From positions 81,904,001-81,968,000 of the forward strand of contig NC_087437.1 in assembly GCF_036321535.1 (NCBI RefSeq): a DNA stretch of 64,000 nt. Direction: 5' to 3'. How positions within the stretch are numbered: position 1 is the first letter of the stretch; each line of letters starts with the position of its first letter. The position numbers and the translations under genes are program-made. Positions 13,171 to 24,413 of this stretch are shown piece by piece. The notes under the pieces are model-generated. The model searched no databases. It was given only the letters and a program-made list of their open reading frames with translations, and had not been told where the DNA came from. This DNA is from Camelus dromedarius. Its lineage: Eukaryota.

Positions 13171-14019
13171 TATGGACAGAGTGAGCGTTTGATCTGCTTA
13201 GTATTAATCCTTCTAACCTGGCACCACACACAGAAAATGGAAGATATGCTTAGCCACCAATATGTACAATGTTGTTGAGCCCAAGACAGTTTCAGTTCAG
13301 TGTAAATGAGAATTCCCTGCCTAATAATATGCAAGCCAATAGCAACCTACAGGAGTTGCATTTTACTTGGGGTTTAGGTTTTTTAAAGAATATGTAAGGA
13401 AAAAAGCTAAGTTGTGCCAAAATTACCTGGAACATCCCCTAGGAAGGCCCCATGCTGGAAACCAACATACTGTCTCTCAGTAGGTCCAACTCAGGTAGGT
13501 TTTCTTCTAGCATTGGTGTAGATTACTGTGGCTTTGGCTGACTACAAGATGGAATAGTTGGCTTGAATTTAGGATGTAGCTTGCACAAAACAGGACATTG
13601 AGCAAGGCAAGATACTTACCCTGAGAGAGAACATGGGAATAGACATGAACTGAGAAAAAACAATACACATCTCCTATCTCAGGTTCACTCCTCGGCATAG
13701 ACTCATTGAACATAACTTATAACCTTAATAGACTCGCCTGCACAATGTAAATTATTATTCATTCTCTTTTTATATTTGTTTGCTGAGCAGTTAAAGCTGA
13801 ATTCATGCAAACTTTGTGTTTGTATGACAAAACTCCACCAAAAACTTGAGTGATTATTGTTCAATAATTACACATATGACTATTCTCTTGACTTCTAGTA
13901 TCCCAAGGATAAAAAAAGAACAGAGACAGATGCTAGATCAAGTATTAATATCAACTAGAGAAAACTGGACATTTTTCTTACAAAAAAAATCTTGATTATA
14001 TAAATCAAAGACATTTGTA

Positions 14020-14175
14020 ACGGGGATTCCAATCCCACTTCTAACACATATTAGCTAGGTGAACTGGGCCAGTGTTCTCACCTTTAAAATGAGTACAAGT
14101 AGTAACTGCTTTGAGGTTTACAAGAAAAAGTGCATGTGAAAGCATGTACCATAGTCACTGACACAGGTAGGCAGG
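14020..14175 (+). mobile_element. MIR
   Basis: attccaatccc...ttctcacctttaaaatgag...gcatgtgaaagca...ctgacacaggtagg core. Confidence 0.65.
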
Positions 14176-14499
14176 CACTTGCTACAGGTTTGTTTGCTGC
14201 GAATTTGTTAAACTGAAACTGAGACAAAATAGCCATGTGAGGAAGAAAACTATCAGCATCATCATAGGTCCTATGTAAGTATTTAATGAACCAAGTTGAG
14301 AGAGATAGCCATCTGATTTGACCAAGTCAACATATAATTTGCCTATTCTAACATTCTTTAATTTTCTTCATATAGTCAATGGTACAAAGTTCACTTATGG
14401 CTTCATAAATATGGGCTCAAAACAAAAGTGCTTCTAATCAGATTTGGCAAGAAAAGGAGAGAAACATAGGATGAGGTAAGTGTGAGGCCACAGTGCTGC

Positions 14500-14640
14500 A
14501 TAACAGGGATGGCAGCGCCTCAGCACATGAGTCACACAGACACCGAGCAGTATACAGCTAGAGATAATTCGCAGGTAAACGCAGCATGAGCCATTACGTC
14601 ATCCCTCCTTTGCCCTTTCTTCATCAATCATGTCGCCTGG
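14500..14640. promoter_or_regulatory. Candidate enhancer (AP-1, CRE-like, PBX-HOX motifs)
   Basis: TGAGTCA 14528-14534, TTACGTCA 14594-14601, ATCAATCA (=TGATTGAT) 14623-14630; six CpGs in ~125 bp of non-repeat sequence. Confidence 0.45.
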
Positions 14641-16217
14641 ACACTGATGCAACCTAGCAAGAATGTCTGATTTGCAGACAGCAAAGAGAGACTTAGAACA
14701 CACACATACTCATCAGAGAAAGCAACGAGAACCCAAACTAAAGTTTCTGGTATTTCCTTTTGTTTAAATCATGCTTTAGGGGTGAAGTCTTATGGGTGGG
14801 ATGCATAACTACAGAGTAAATCATCAGGTCTGAAGGCCTAAAGGACTAGGCTTCAACATTTTGGACATGTCACTCCAGGTCTATAGGCCCTTTCCATGTC
14901 TGTACAATTAGATGATCTTCAAGGTTCCTCCCAGTTCCATAATTTCATCATTAAAAATTCAGGGCAATCACACCCATACAATGGGCAGATAAACACTTAG
15001 CTGTATAAGTCAGCTTTATCCTCAGCTATATAGGTCATTCAGATACTTGGCTACCTCCAGTCAAACTCTGAATCACTGAGAGAGTGTGGAGCTGTATACA
15101 AATCTTGTTAAAGCAAGGAGAAAGTGGCAGGTAGCAACCGATGGTTTTAGAAAATGTGAATGTTCATACCTGAGGTTATAGGGATATTCTAGTCTAAATC
15201 ATAGAAGCTTAAAAGCAAATGCTCATCAGGGGATACAATGTATTAACACGTATTTTCTGTAGGGGCAATGGTTTGAACAACAAGGAACCACAAGGGATGA
15301 AAAAAGGAAAAGGAATACAAAAAGGGCACTCTAACCACCGAATAATTTATAACTTAAGAGTGACATTGCAACCCTAACTCTAAACCAAATGCAGAGCCAG
15401 CGTGTACACAACTTACCCAAGAGTTATCAGCTTGTGAGTTTACACACCACCAGCTCCAGAGGAAGGAGGCACTTATTAGAGATCAATCCACAGCAAAGAG
15501 GAAGTGGTTGGCTCCTGGCAAGCCTCTCCCAGCATAATGCTTTCCACCTGTCATGGCACCACATCTTTCCAAGCTGGCTAATGCAAACGCTTCAAGACCT
15601 ATCACTGGAAGATTTCTGATGGAATCTCCAAAAAGGGGAACTTCCAACAAAACTTGGGATTGGAGAAAAGAGACAAGCTCAGTGGAGATGAAAACCAAAG
15701 GTCTTGTAGTGCCTCCCTCACAGCTGACACTGTGTGGGGTCCCCTACCCTGCAGGCCGAGTGGCTGGGGCAGGGGAGCCACCCCACTGCACCTGGAGCAG
15801 CATTCAACAAAGCGCCCAGCCCTTTAATTGTTCAGTCAAATGATTTATGAAGCTTGGCAGCAAAGACAGGGCAGACTGGTTTAAATTCAAAGGATCCAAC
15901 CTACAGGTATTCTGAAAACCCTAGCCACATCTGTAACAAGTACTGCTCCCCTTGGGAAGGGAGAGAATATAAAGGGAGAAGATGTGACCTGCCTGACAGG
16001 AGACAGGACCCAGCTAGATGGAACATGCCTCACCACTCCTTCCCTATCCATCACTTACCAAGGCTCTGGCAGACTTCCTTGCTGCAAAAAGCAAACGGAC
16101 ATATTTCTTTACCTAGAAAAGTAAAACCCCAGAACCATCAGCACATTCTTATACACAGGGCTCAGGTGGTTTATTCTGATTGTTTACTGATAGGATAATC
16201 TTTTTGATCAACTAGTG

Positions 16218-16428
16218 CAGAAATCAGCCAACTTTTTCCTTTTCCCCCAAAGAACCAGAGAGTAAATATTTTAGATCTTGTCGGCTATATGGTTTCTGTC
16301 ACAAATAGTCACCTCTACCATTACAGCACAGAAGGAGCTATAGGCAATGTGTAAATGAATGAGCACAGCTTGTTATTTATAAAGCAGGTGAAGGGTTAAA
16401 TTCGGCTTGCATAGTTTGCTGACCCCTG
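16218..16428. mobile_element. MER58A hAT-Charlie MITE
   Basis: TIRs cagaaatcagccaact...agtttgctgacccctg; 8-bp TSD aactagtg/aactagta. Confidence 0.85.
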
Positions 16429-16869
16429 AACTAGTATGTTTTCAAATACCTAAATTGTGATAAACTAAGAATGCACTATCAAACTTATCACCACTTAACA
16501 ACAATTTAAATCTAAGCCTCAATTTTGGGAGGAAAACTAACTTCTAAAATAACTAACCTTCATTAATAGTAGGTACAATAAAACTCATTTTTGTAAAGTG
16601 TGTGTGTAAAATACAAGGTGATTCAACAGAAATTAGACAGTTTAAAAAATGTACCACTCAGCAACTAGGTTTTTTTTTTGTTTTTTTTTTTTTAATGAAA
16701 TTGTAGTTGCACTAAATCAAGTTACCCTTACAGGTGTCTTGCCAGAGGGCAACTCCAGGCTTTGACTACATGTTTATATACATCATAGTTACCAAGTAAT
16801 ACATTTTTGAAAATGTTCAAATCTGTTTTAGCCAGCCTGTATATTATTTGTGTAGACATTATAATATAC

Positions 16870-16995
16870 TTTAAATGATAAACATGAAACTATAAACAAT
16901 GGTTACTCCTGGAGAAGGGAGATTAGAAGTTTCACTTTTAGCAATGTTGCCTGAATTTTTTAACAAGCATGAATTACTTAGTGAATAAAAAAGTG
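16870..16995 (+). mobile_element. Ancient L1 (L1ME-like) 3' fragment
   Basis: aacaatggttactcctgg...gaattttttaacaagcatgaattac...aataaaaa. Confidence 0.45.
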
Positions 16996-17219
16996 TTTTG
17001 TTTTTCTTTTGTAAAGAAGTGGTAAGGGTAGGCAATCTCTGGCACTGCAATTTAGAACTATTTCTTGACTTGAATCATCTACTGAAGCCCATCTGTTACT
17101 CTAAGTACAGCATTTCTTGCCTTCAATCTTTCACAGGCTTTTACTCTGTCTTCCAGCTCCTTCTCCCCTTCATTGAGTCAGCCTCACAGCAGTTTACATA
17201 CTCCTAGACCTAAAGCTCA

Positions 17220-17460
17220 CATTCACTCAACAGCAGATGCCAATAAATATCTCATGAAGTTCCTAACCTAGTAGGAGAGACAGATAAAAAAACAAAAAAA
17301 CCCATAAATACACAAGTTATTTTCAGATTGTTGTAAATGCTCTGAGCCACAGGGGAATGGGAGAGGCCCACTGAGAAGCTGACGTTTAGGTACAGACCTG
17401 AAAGGTAAGACGGAGGCAGTCATGTGAAGTGAATTCCAGGCTAAGTGTAAGGTTCTCTGG
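17220..17460 (-). mobile_element. L2 fragment
   Basis: cattcactcaaca...ctcatgaagttcc...ctagtaggagagacaga...gacctgaaagg, antisense L2 3' region. Confidence 0.6.
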
Positions 17461-17480
17461 TCTTTATCTTTACTTTAGGC

Positions 17481-17640
17481 CAGTGTTTTCAAATCCTGGC
17501 TAAACATTAACATTAACTGGAGCACTTTCAAAAATACTGATGCTTGGGCCCTGCCACAGGTCAGTGACTCTCTGGAGGTGGAGTCCAGTATTGCTTTTTC
17601 TTTCCTTTTTTTTTTTTAAAGCTAGGATTGCGAACCACTA
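17481..17640. mobile_element. MER5B-like MITE
   Basis: cagtgttttcaaatcctggct...aaaaatactgatgcttgggccc...ttgcgaaccacta. Confidence 0.7.
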
Positions 17641-18214
17641 TTCTACAGTCTAGACACTTTTATATTAGCATGAATAGAGGCCTTCAGAGATTAGAGGGAA
17701 TAAGACTATGGGTGAAACTGAACTACTAAGTTTTAGAGCAGTGTGGGGCTTTTTTTGTTTTGTTTTGTTTTAATCTAGTAAGATTAACTGGATGCATTGT
17801 TCGGTGACATGTTGAAGCCCTGAGGATTCTCCCCTCACCGTTGAGCAAGAGACCAAAGAAACACACAGATCTTTTAATTGGGACCTTTTGCCTGAGCCTC
17901 TGGCAAGCTATAAAGCAAATGAACCATCAAGTGACAGACTTCTTTGATGTATTTAGCAGAGGGCTGACTGAAAAGGCTAGGCTCTCAGTTCCTCCCTGAA
18001 GGCTAACAGATTCAAACCTGGCTGAACCACAAAAAGAAGTTCCCATGGCAAAGATTTAGCCTATATAGTGTAAGAATATACATGTTCTCATATCCATATA
18101 CCCCCATTCACTCAACTCTAAATAAAGTTGGTAACAGATGACAAGGAAAATAAGGATCACTGGAATTTGTTGATAATCTTCTAAATAATTTTGGGCAGTT
18201 GTTGCAATTTCCTT

Positions 18215-20280
18215 TCATTCACCTATCCATCCAGCATCCAGCCATCCAACATCTACCAATGACACCTACTTTGTACTTCCCACTGTGGGGCATGATATAT
18301 ACATGCCTTCCACTCTAGTGGGAAACAAAAGTAATAATCACAATAGATTGTGATATGTGCTGTAAGACAATGTTCCTTTTCTTCCTCCTTGTTATTTCTG
18401 CACCTTGCTTCTCTTCTACAGTGTAGAGTTTATCACACTTTTTACAATTTGCTTAACTGTCTCTTCTCAACTAGAGGTCCTTAAAAACAAAGACTGTCTT
18501 ACTCTGTATCCTCAATACCAAATATAATTCATGGCATAAAGGAGGCATTCAACAACTGCAAATGGAATCAAATGTACATATATTTGATCAAATCATATAT
18601 TTTATGATATAGATATACACATATAGTGGAAGAAGTACCAATGGGAGCCAGGGAAGGCTTCATAGAGGAGTGATATCCAAGATAAGTCTTAAAGGATGAA
18701 ATGTTCTCCAAAGGTGGAAGTTTCCTCTGGGTATGCTTTGGACTTTGTTCCAAAAGCAGTGAACTACTGAAAGTTTCTAAGCTGAAGGTAAAGATGGTAT
18801 GATAGAATCAGATTGTGTTTTAAGAATCACCTCTCTGGAAGCATTGTGGGAAGTGAATGGGAGGGTGAGAAAGCAGTAAATCTGGGGGCAGGGAGGGCGA
18901 ATAGGGAGGCTGTCATATTGCATTGCTGGCAAAGAAGAATCCAGAGCAATTCAGGATGTTGAACTAATTGGCAGGACGTAGCTGGCTGGACATCATGGCA
19001 TGTGTTTTGTGTACCTATCTCACTTCTGAGTTCATCTATTTTTCTTGTGCTTATTTCTCTTTTGCCCAGATCCCCTCCTTTACTACCACTGTGAGAGAAA
19101 TTAATCTGTCCTGTCCTATTATATATATCGTTGAGCTAACTTAGATTTTTGTGAAACATGGTGTAGACATACACATACCTATCAATTAGATACAGTGGTC
19201 TAGAGAGAGAGAGGTTTTGGCTTTCTGCAAGGATGACAGGAGAATGGTGGGGCCATTAGCCAAAGCATGGACTAGTGCAGGAGAGCGCTGGTTTGGGAGA
19301 AGATAATGAGTTCCATTTGGGTATTCAAGAGGAGCTGGCCAGAAATCAGCTGGAAATAATGGCTGCAGCTCAAAAAGTATGAGACACAGGTTTGGAAATT
19401 GGCAGCATATACGTCATTGCTGAAGCCAGTGGTGTGCTGTAAAACTAGCTCTCAGAAAATAAAACAAAACTCCCCACCCCTACCCGATTTGTAGCATTTG
19501 CCTATTTCTGTGGCATAAATACTCCCATCTTGGCCAATTTCAAGCTATTAATATGATCGTCATTGAACAAAAAGTTGAGAAGAGATTTGCACAACTGGTT
19601 CTTAGGAACTGGCTCCAACATATCACTAGCTGAAGTCAAACATGAACAAGATTATCCGGGAACAAAAGGAAGAGCAAGAGAGGTGGGAATAAAACCCTGG
19701 GAACTATAGACATTTATGAGATGGACAGAAGATGACCCATCAAAGGGGCTTGAGAAAAAGCAGTCATAGGAGTACGGAAAAAAACAGGACCAAAAGGGGT
19801 CACAGAAAGCAAGAGAAGAATTAATTCAAGGCAGACAGAGTGGTCTACAGTGTTAAATGCTGGCAGGTGAAGTAAGATAAATGAGGGTGGAAAGTGCCCA
19901 CTGGTATGACTACAAGGATGTTGGAGGTGACCTGTGTGGTGAGAGCCCAAGTGTGGGCTGAGGAATGAATAGGAGGTGGACAGGGAACAAGTCAGTGGAG
20001 AAAGAAGAGGGCAGATTCAGGGAAGGAGCTGGAAGAGAGACTGGGTATGAGGAGGTGGAGGGAGGATGAGGGAGCCTTCTCCTCAACCCTACCCTTGCTT
20101 AGATGAAAAAGTCTTAGCATGATTTTAGGTTGAGTGGATGGTGGAGAGAAAAGGGGAGCCTGAAGATCTACATAGGTGAGAGGGCAAACTTGAAGTCTCT
20201 TAGAATTGACAGCATTTATGGAATTAAGAATACAAATTATAAATGAAGTGAACTCACCTTGGGCAGGAGAAGGAACCCTT
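18215..20280. mobile_element. Cluster of L2 fragments (mostly minus; a plus-strand 3' end at ~18380-18570), interrupted by MER63A
   Basis: L2 motifs such as gggaaggcttcatagaggag, ttttaagaatcacctctctg, agagtggtctacagtgttaaatgctg. Confidence 0.7.
19427..19628 (-). mobile_element. MER63A hAT-Blackjack MITE nested in L2
   Basis: TIR cagtggtgtgctg...ccaacatatcacta; gatttgtagcatttgcc and atttcaagcta motifs; TSD gctgaagc/gctgaagt. Confidence 0.85.
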
Positions 20281-21299
20281 CTTTCCCTGGAAATGGGATG
20301 TCAAGTGATCATTGGGAAGATTAACAACATTGAGTTTCAACTCTCTTTAATTAGCCCAAAGAAATCTCAGTAAGTTATAAGATCAAAAGGCATTGGGAGA
20401 TGAGAGGAATAAGAGGATGACCAAAGCTCTATACAAGCTGTCTAAGCTCTACAAAATTGTGAAAAGTCTGCACTTTTCTCCTAGAAAAGTAGAACCACCC
20501 ACAAATCCTACTTCCCTTGGAAACTGTGTTTGGTGAATGTCTAATTAAAAAATTAACATAAAAATGCATATAAGTATAAATATAGGCCCCAATAAATTCC
20601 TATTTATTTCTAAAAACCTCATTGGGGACGTTCACTGACCGTTCTCAGGTTTTGGAGAGACATGTACCCCTGCAAATATTCACAAATTTTCCACAATATT
20701 TTTGAAACAATCCACAAATGTTTATGAAAAGATAAAATAAGAATAGCACAAGATAACAGAGTTTGAAATGCTACATTTATGTCTAATGAGAACATCTTCT
20801 CTTTAAATAAGACATGGGTAGCTTACTTGTAAATGATCAAGAATATTCCCCTGCAAAACTAATGAGTACATTAATTGTTTTATTGAGTGTTAATGTTGAG
20901 GTGAATGATTTTCTTGGGTTTTGCATCAGAAAAGCTCCGAACTCTCTAGTGTCCTTTGCCCTTACGGGAAATCATAAACCAGATTACGTGTGCCTTTTGC
21001 CATTTGGAGATAATTCTTGAGCACTGCTATATTTTCAATTCTCTAGGCCCTCTGCCTTTTATTTGTAACCAAAGTTTAAGCTCCTTGAGGGGAGGGGCAT
21101 GTCTTATACTTTTTCCAACTCCCTTCTACTCACAGGAGTCAAATATTTATGTACTGGATAAAAACATGAAGAGAAATTAAGTATTTGCTTCACCCCCTTT
21201 CTTTATGGAATTTCAGAAAGGTACTATCTTTTACAAACATGGGTGGATTTTTCTTCTTATGTTTTCCTTTTTTTTTCTGTCCTTGAGGACTTGATTGGA

Positions 21300-21478
21300 A
21301 ATGGGTTTTCAATGCTGGCTGTAAAACATAATCACACTAGGAAGCTTTGGAGAAATAACTGATGCCAGGATATCACCCCTCAGATTCTGATTTAATTGGT
21401 TTTTAGGGGGTGCATTAGCACTGCTATTTCTAAAAGGCTCTGCTGTAATTCAAACTGTAACCAGTAGTGAAAACCTAT
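21300..21478. mobile_element. MER5B-like MITE
   Basis: ggttttcaatgctggctg...actgatgcc...cagattctgatttaattggt...gtgaaaacc. Confidence 0.7.
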
Positions 21479-22689
21479 AGGGGCACATAATAGGTGTTCG
21501 CTAAATATTTATTGATCTCATTTTAAGCTGAGAAGTGTGGTAGGGATTGGCAGGGCAGAACACTCACTGTTCCCCTTGTTATCTCCCCGGTTCTGATGAT
21601 GGTTAACAGACTCTCATTGTATTCTGGTGGGACAGTGAACAGGTAGATGAATGAATCAATGTAAGTCCTCTGATATTCTGTGGTTCAGCTGTGGTTGCAG
21701 GTTCAAGTCCTGATATGGGAACACACTGTCTATTTCTGTCTTTGCCTTTCTATCCTCTCTTGACCACCTTCCCCACCTCCCAGTGGAAATGCCGTTACAG
21801 CTGGCATTTTCTGACTTGTTCGTCACTGGATTTCTAGGGCTTAAAATAGTATCTGGCATATAATGGCAACTCAGAAAATATGAGTTCAATATATTTCTCT
21901 TCACATACAAATGCACCAAATGCAAATAAAGAACTGCAAAAATAATCATTTTGGGGATTTTAAGCCTCAGCTTTCTTAATATTACATTCAGAAATAAAAC
22001 ACTGGCATTATTGCTCTTGTTGGGTATAATTCATTCTTTCACTAGCAAGCAGGTACCGGATATTTTAGAACTAAAGGAAGAAATACTCCAGTCTCTTTAT
22101 GTATCTGAAATCTTAACATTGACTACATATAGTAATGAGTTTTGGTAAAATCAGTCTGAATAAGTTTGTTATTCGCACTTTCCTTCCTATTACATTAATG
22201 CCGAACTTTTAATACTAACATATCAATAACATATTAGTAAATTAAAACATGATTACCTTAATCTTTGCACCTTAGATGATTTTCTGCAGGAAATGTATTA
22301 AGGAGACTAAATTGATGAGTATTTTTTAAAAAACTGCTTCGAATGTAACAATTCCACAATTTAAAAAACAGTTCATTATAAAGGCAGAGTAGCTTGCAGG
22401 AACAGGAGGACTAAGAAAACAGGGTCACAGCTTGGACCAAGGAGTGGAGTTGAGGAGCTGGAGTCAACTGGAAAAACTGGCCAAGATGGAAGTGCTGCAG
22501 TACTGGGGCTCCAGAAGAAATAGGAATATATAGGTTATACTCCTTAGATAGGAAGAGATGGTCTCCTTGTGCAGGGGATTTCCCCCTGTTTCTCTCCTCT
22601 GCCCACTCCCCCAACCCCCTATTTAATTACCTAGAGTCCTAGACACAGGGTCAGGAGTCCCTGAGAAAGCAGAGCAGAACTCAGGACTG

Positions 22690-22910
22690 GAGCCCATATG
22701 GCAGGAATCAGAACACCTGGCTGTTAATTTCCAGAGGCTCATTTTGGACTTTGTGAGTTTCCGAGCCATAAGCCTTGCTTAAATTAACAGTTTATTTATC
22801 TCCAAGAAGAGTATAATAACACTATTCACTTCACAGTTGTTGCTAGATCCAAACAACATAATGTATATGAAAATGCTCTATGAACTGGGGATCATTATGT
22901 AAACATTACT
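22690..22910 (+). mobile_element. MIR (degenerate)
   Basis: ggaatcagaacacctgg...cagtttatttatct...acttcacagttgttg...aatgtatatgaaaatgct. Confidence 0.55.
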
Positions 22911-24090
22911 CTGTTAGATTGAAGAATTTGTTGAAAAAAAATCACCCCTAATTTTTCCTTTGTAGTCCATGAGATGTACCTGCTGTTAAGGTATAAACAC
23001 AGTTACATCACATTTCTAACAATTCCATACAGCAATTTGGAAGCACAAAGTTTCCAATGACTTGTTACTCTGAAACAAGTTTTAACAGAAATCAAGATAG
23101 AAGCCAGGAGAATGAAGGCAACTTCCAGATATAGGACCAAGGCACATATCACTGAATGGAAGAACTAACCCTAAGAACAACTGGTCAATGTGGGAGTTAA
23201 AGTGTTATCATAACAGGAGGTTTTGTAAAAAGTATAGAGCCAATCCAGACAATTCCACTTTTCCACATTTAGAGAAAGCAAGTAGAAAGGGTTATTTTTG
23301 TTTGTTTGTACCATTTAGTCAGAATTGAAGTAAAAAATAGAAACGGCTTTTAAAAGTTTCTCTTATAAGAGAAACTCAGAAGATTGAAATTTCAGACTTT
23401 CTTAAAAAAAGGTATGTAGTTTAGATTAAAATCAACAATCTCATAACAATGCTTTAAGTTTTTTTCATTTATTATAGGAATAAAAAAGTTGTTGAAATAG
23501 AACAATAGTATAAACTATTACTTGATTATTATGAACATGCATTGACAAAAGACGAAATTACAGCTCATCTTTGCATTCTGGTGTACCAGCTCTTTTTTTA
23601 CTTTATTTTGACCAGCAAAATATATTCCTCAGAAACAGAATAATGGCCTAGAAGAATACTACCCTCGAAACCTTTTAAGAATCCAACAGGATGAGAAATT
23701 GACAGCTCTGTTTTAAAACTATGTGCATTATTATTTGCCAGATCAAGTTAATGAAATGTTTACTGCTAGAGTGTTATTTTTAAGTTAACAAAAGCATTTT
23801 TGCTGACTTGCTCATTGGACATATGCAGGCAATTTAAAATGGAATTTCAAAATACTTTTATTACATGTACCCATGAAGAGAATAACTGAGGTCTCAAGGC
23901 TGTGCTAAACTAATACTAATTCTGACTCTTGGATCATGTTAATAACAGAATTGTTAGTTTTGTCAGACATGTGGCTTTCTGTTTTAATAAGATTAAGGCC
24001 ATAGGGTTCAAGCTTCTTTAGTTTAAATCTGTTGCACCTAAATATTTCTCTGTACAATCTTCCAGCATATTCTTGCTCTCCCAACTAGAT

Positions 24091-24308
24091 CAGAGTTTCT
24101 CAACCTTGGCACTAGAGACATTTTGGAGTGGATAATTCTTCTTTGTATGGGACTGTCCTCTGCATTGTAGGATGCTTAGGAGCATCCCTGGCCTCTACTC
24201 ACTAGATGCCACAGCACCACCCAATCCTAGTTGTGACAACCAAAATTATTGCCAGACATTGCCAGATGTCCTCTGGAGGGCAAAAGTGTCCCCTGCTAAG
24301 AAACAGTT
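24091..24308 (-). mobile_element. MER20 hAT-Charlie element, near full length
   Basis: cagagtttctcaaccttggcacta...tgcattgtaggatg...catccctggcctctactcactagatgcca...gttgtgacaaccaaaa...cagacattgccagatgtcc, close to the reverse complement of MER20 as recalled. Confidence 0.92.
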
Positions 24309-24393
24309 AAGTAGAGGAAGAACCATTCTCCTCCTACCTCTGCTTGAGTTCTTGGGCCCATACCCATCACCACGTCATTTTACCTCAAGCGCA

Positions 24394-24413
24394 CTCTCTC
24401 TCTCTCTCTCTCT
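24394..24413. repeat. (CT)n microsatellite
   Basis: Directly visible. Confidence 0.9.

Noticed and set aside
21560..21680. C/D box snoRNA-like TGATGA...CTGA
   Set aside because: Box C lacks the leading purine, there is no terminal stem flanking the boxes, and the context looks like an L2 tail
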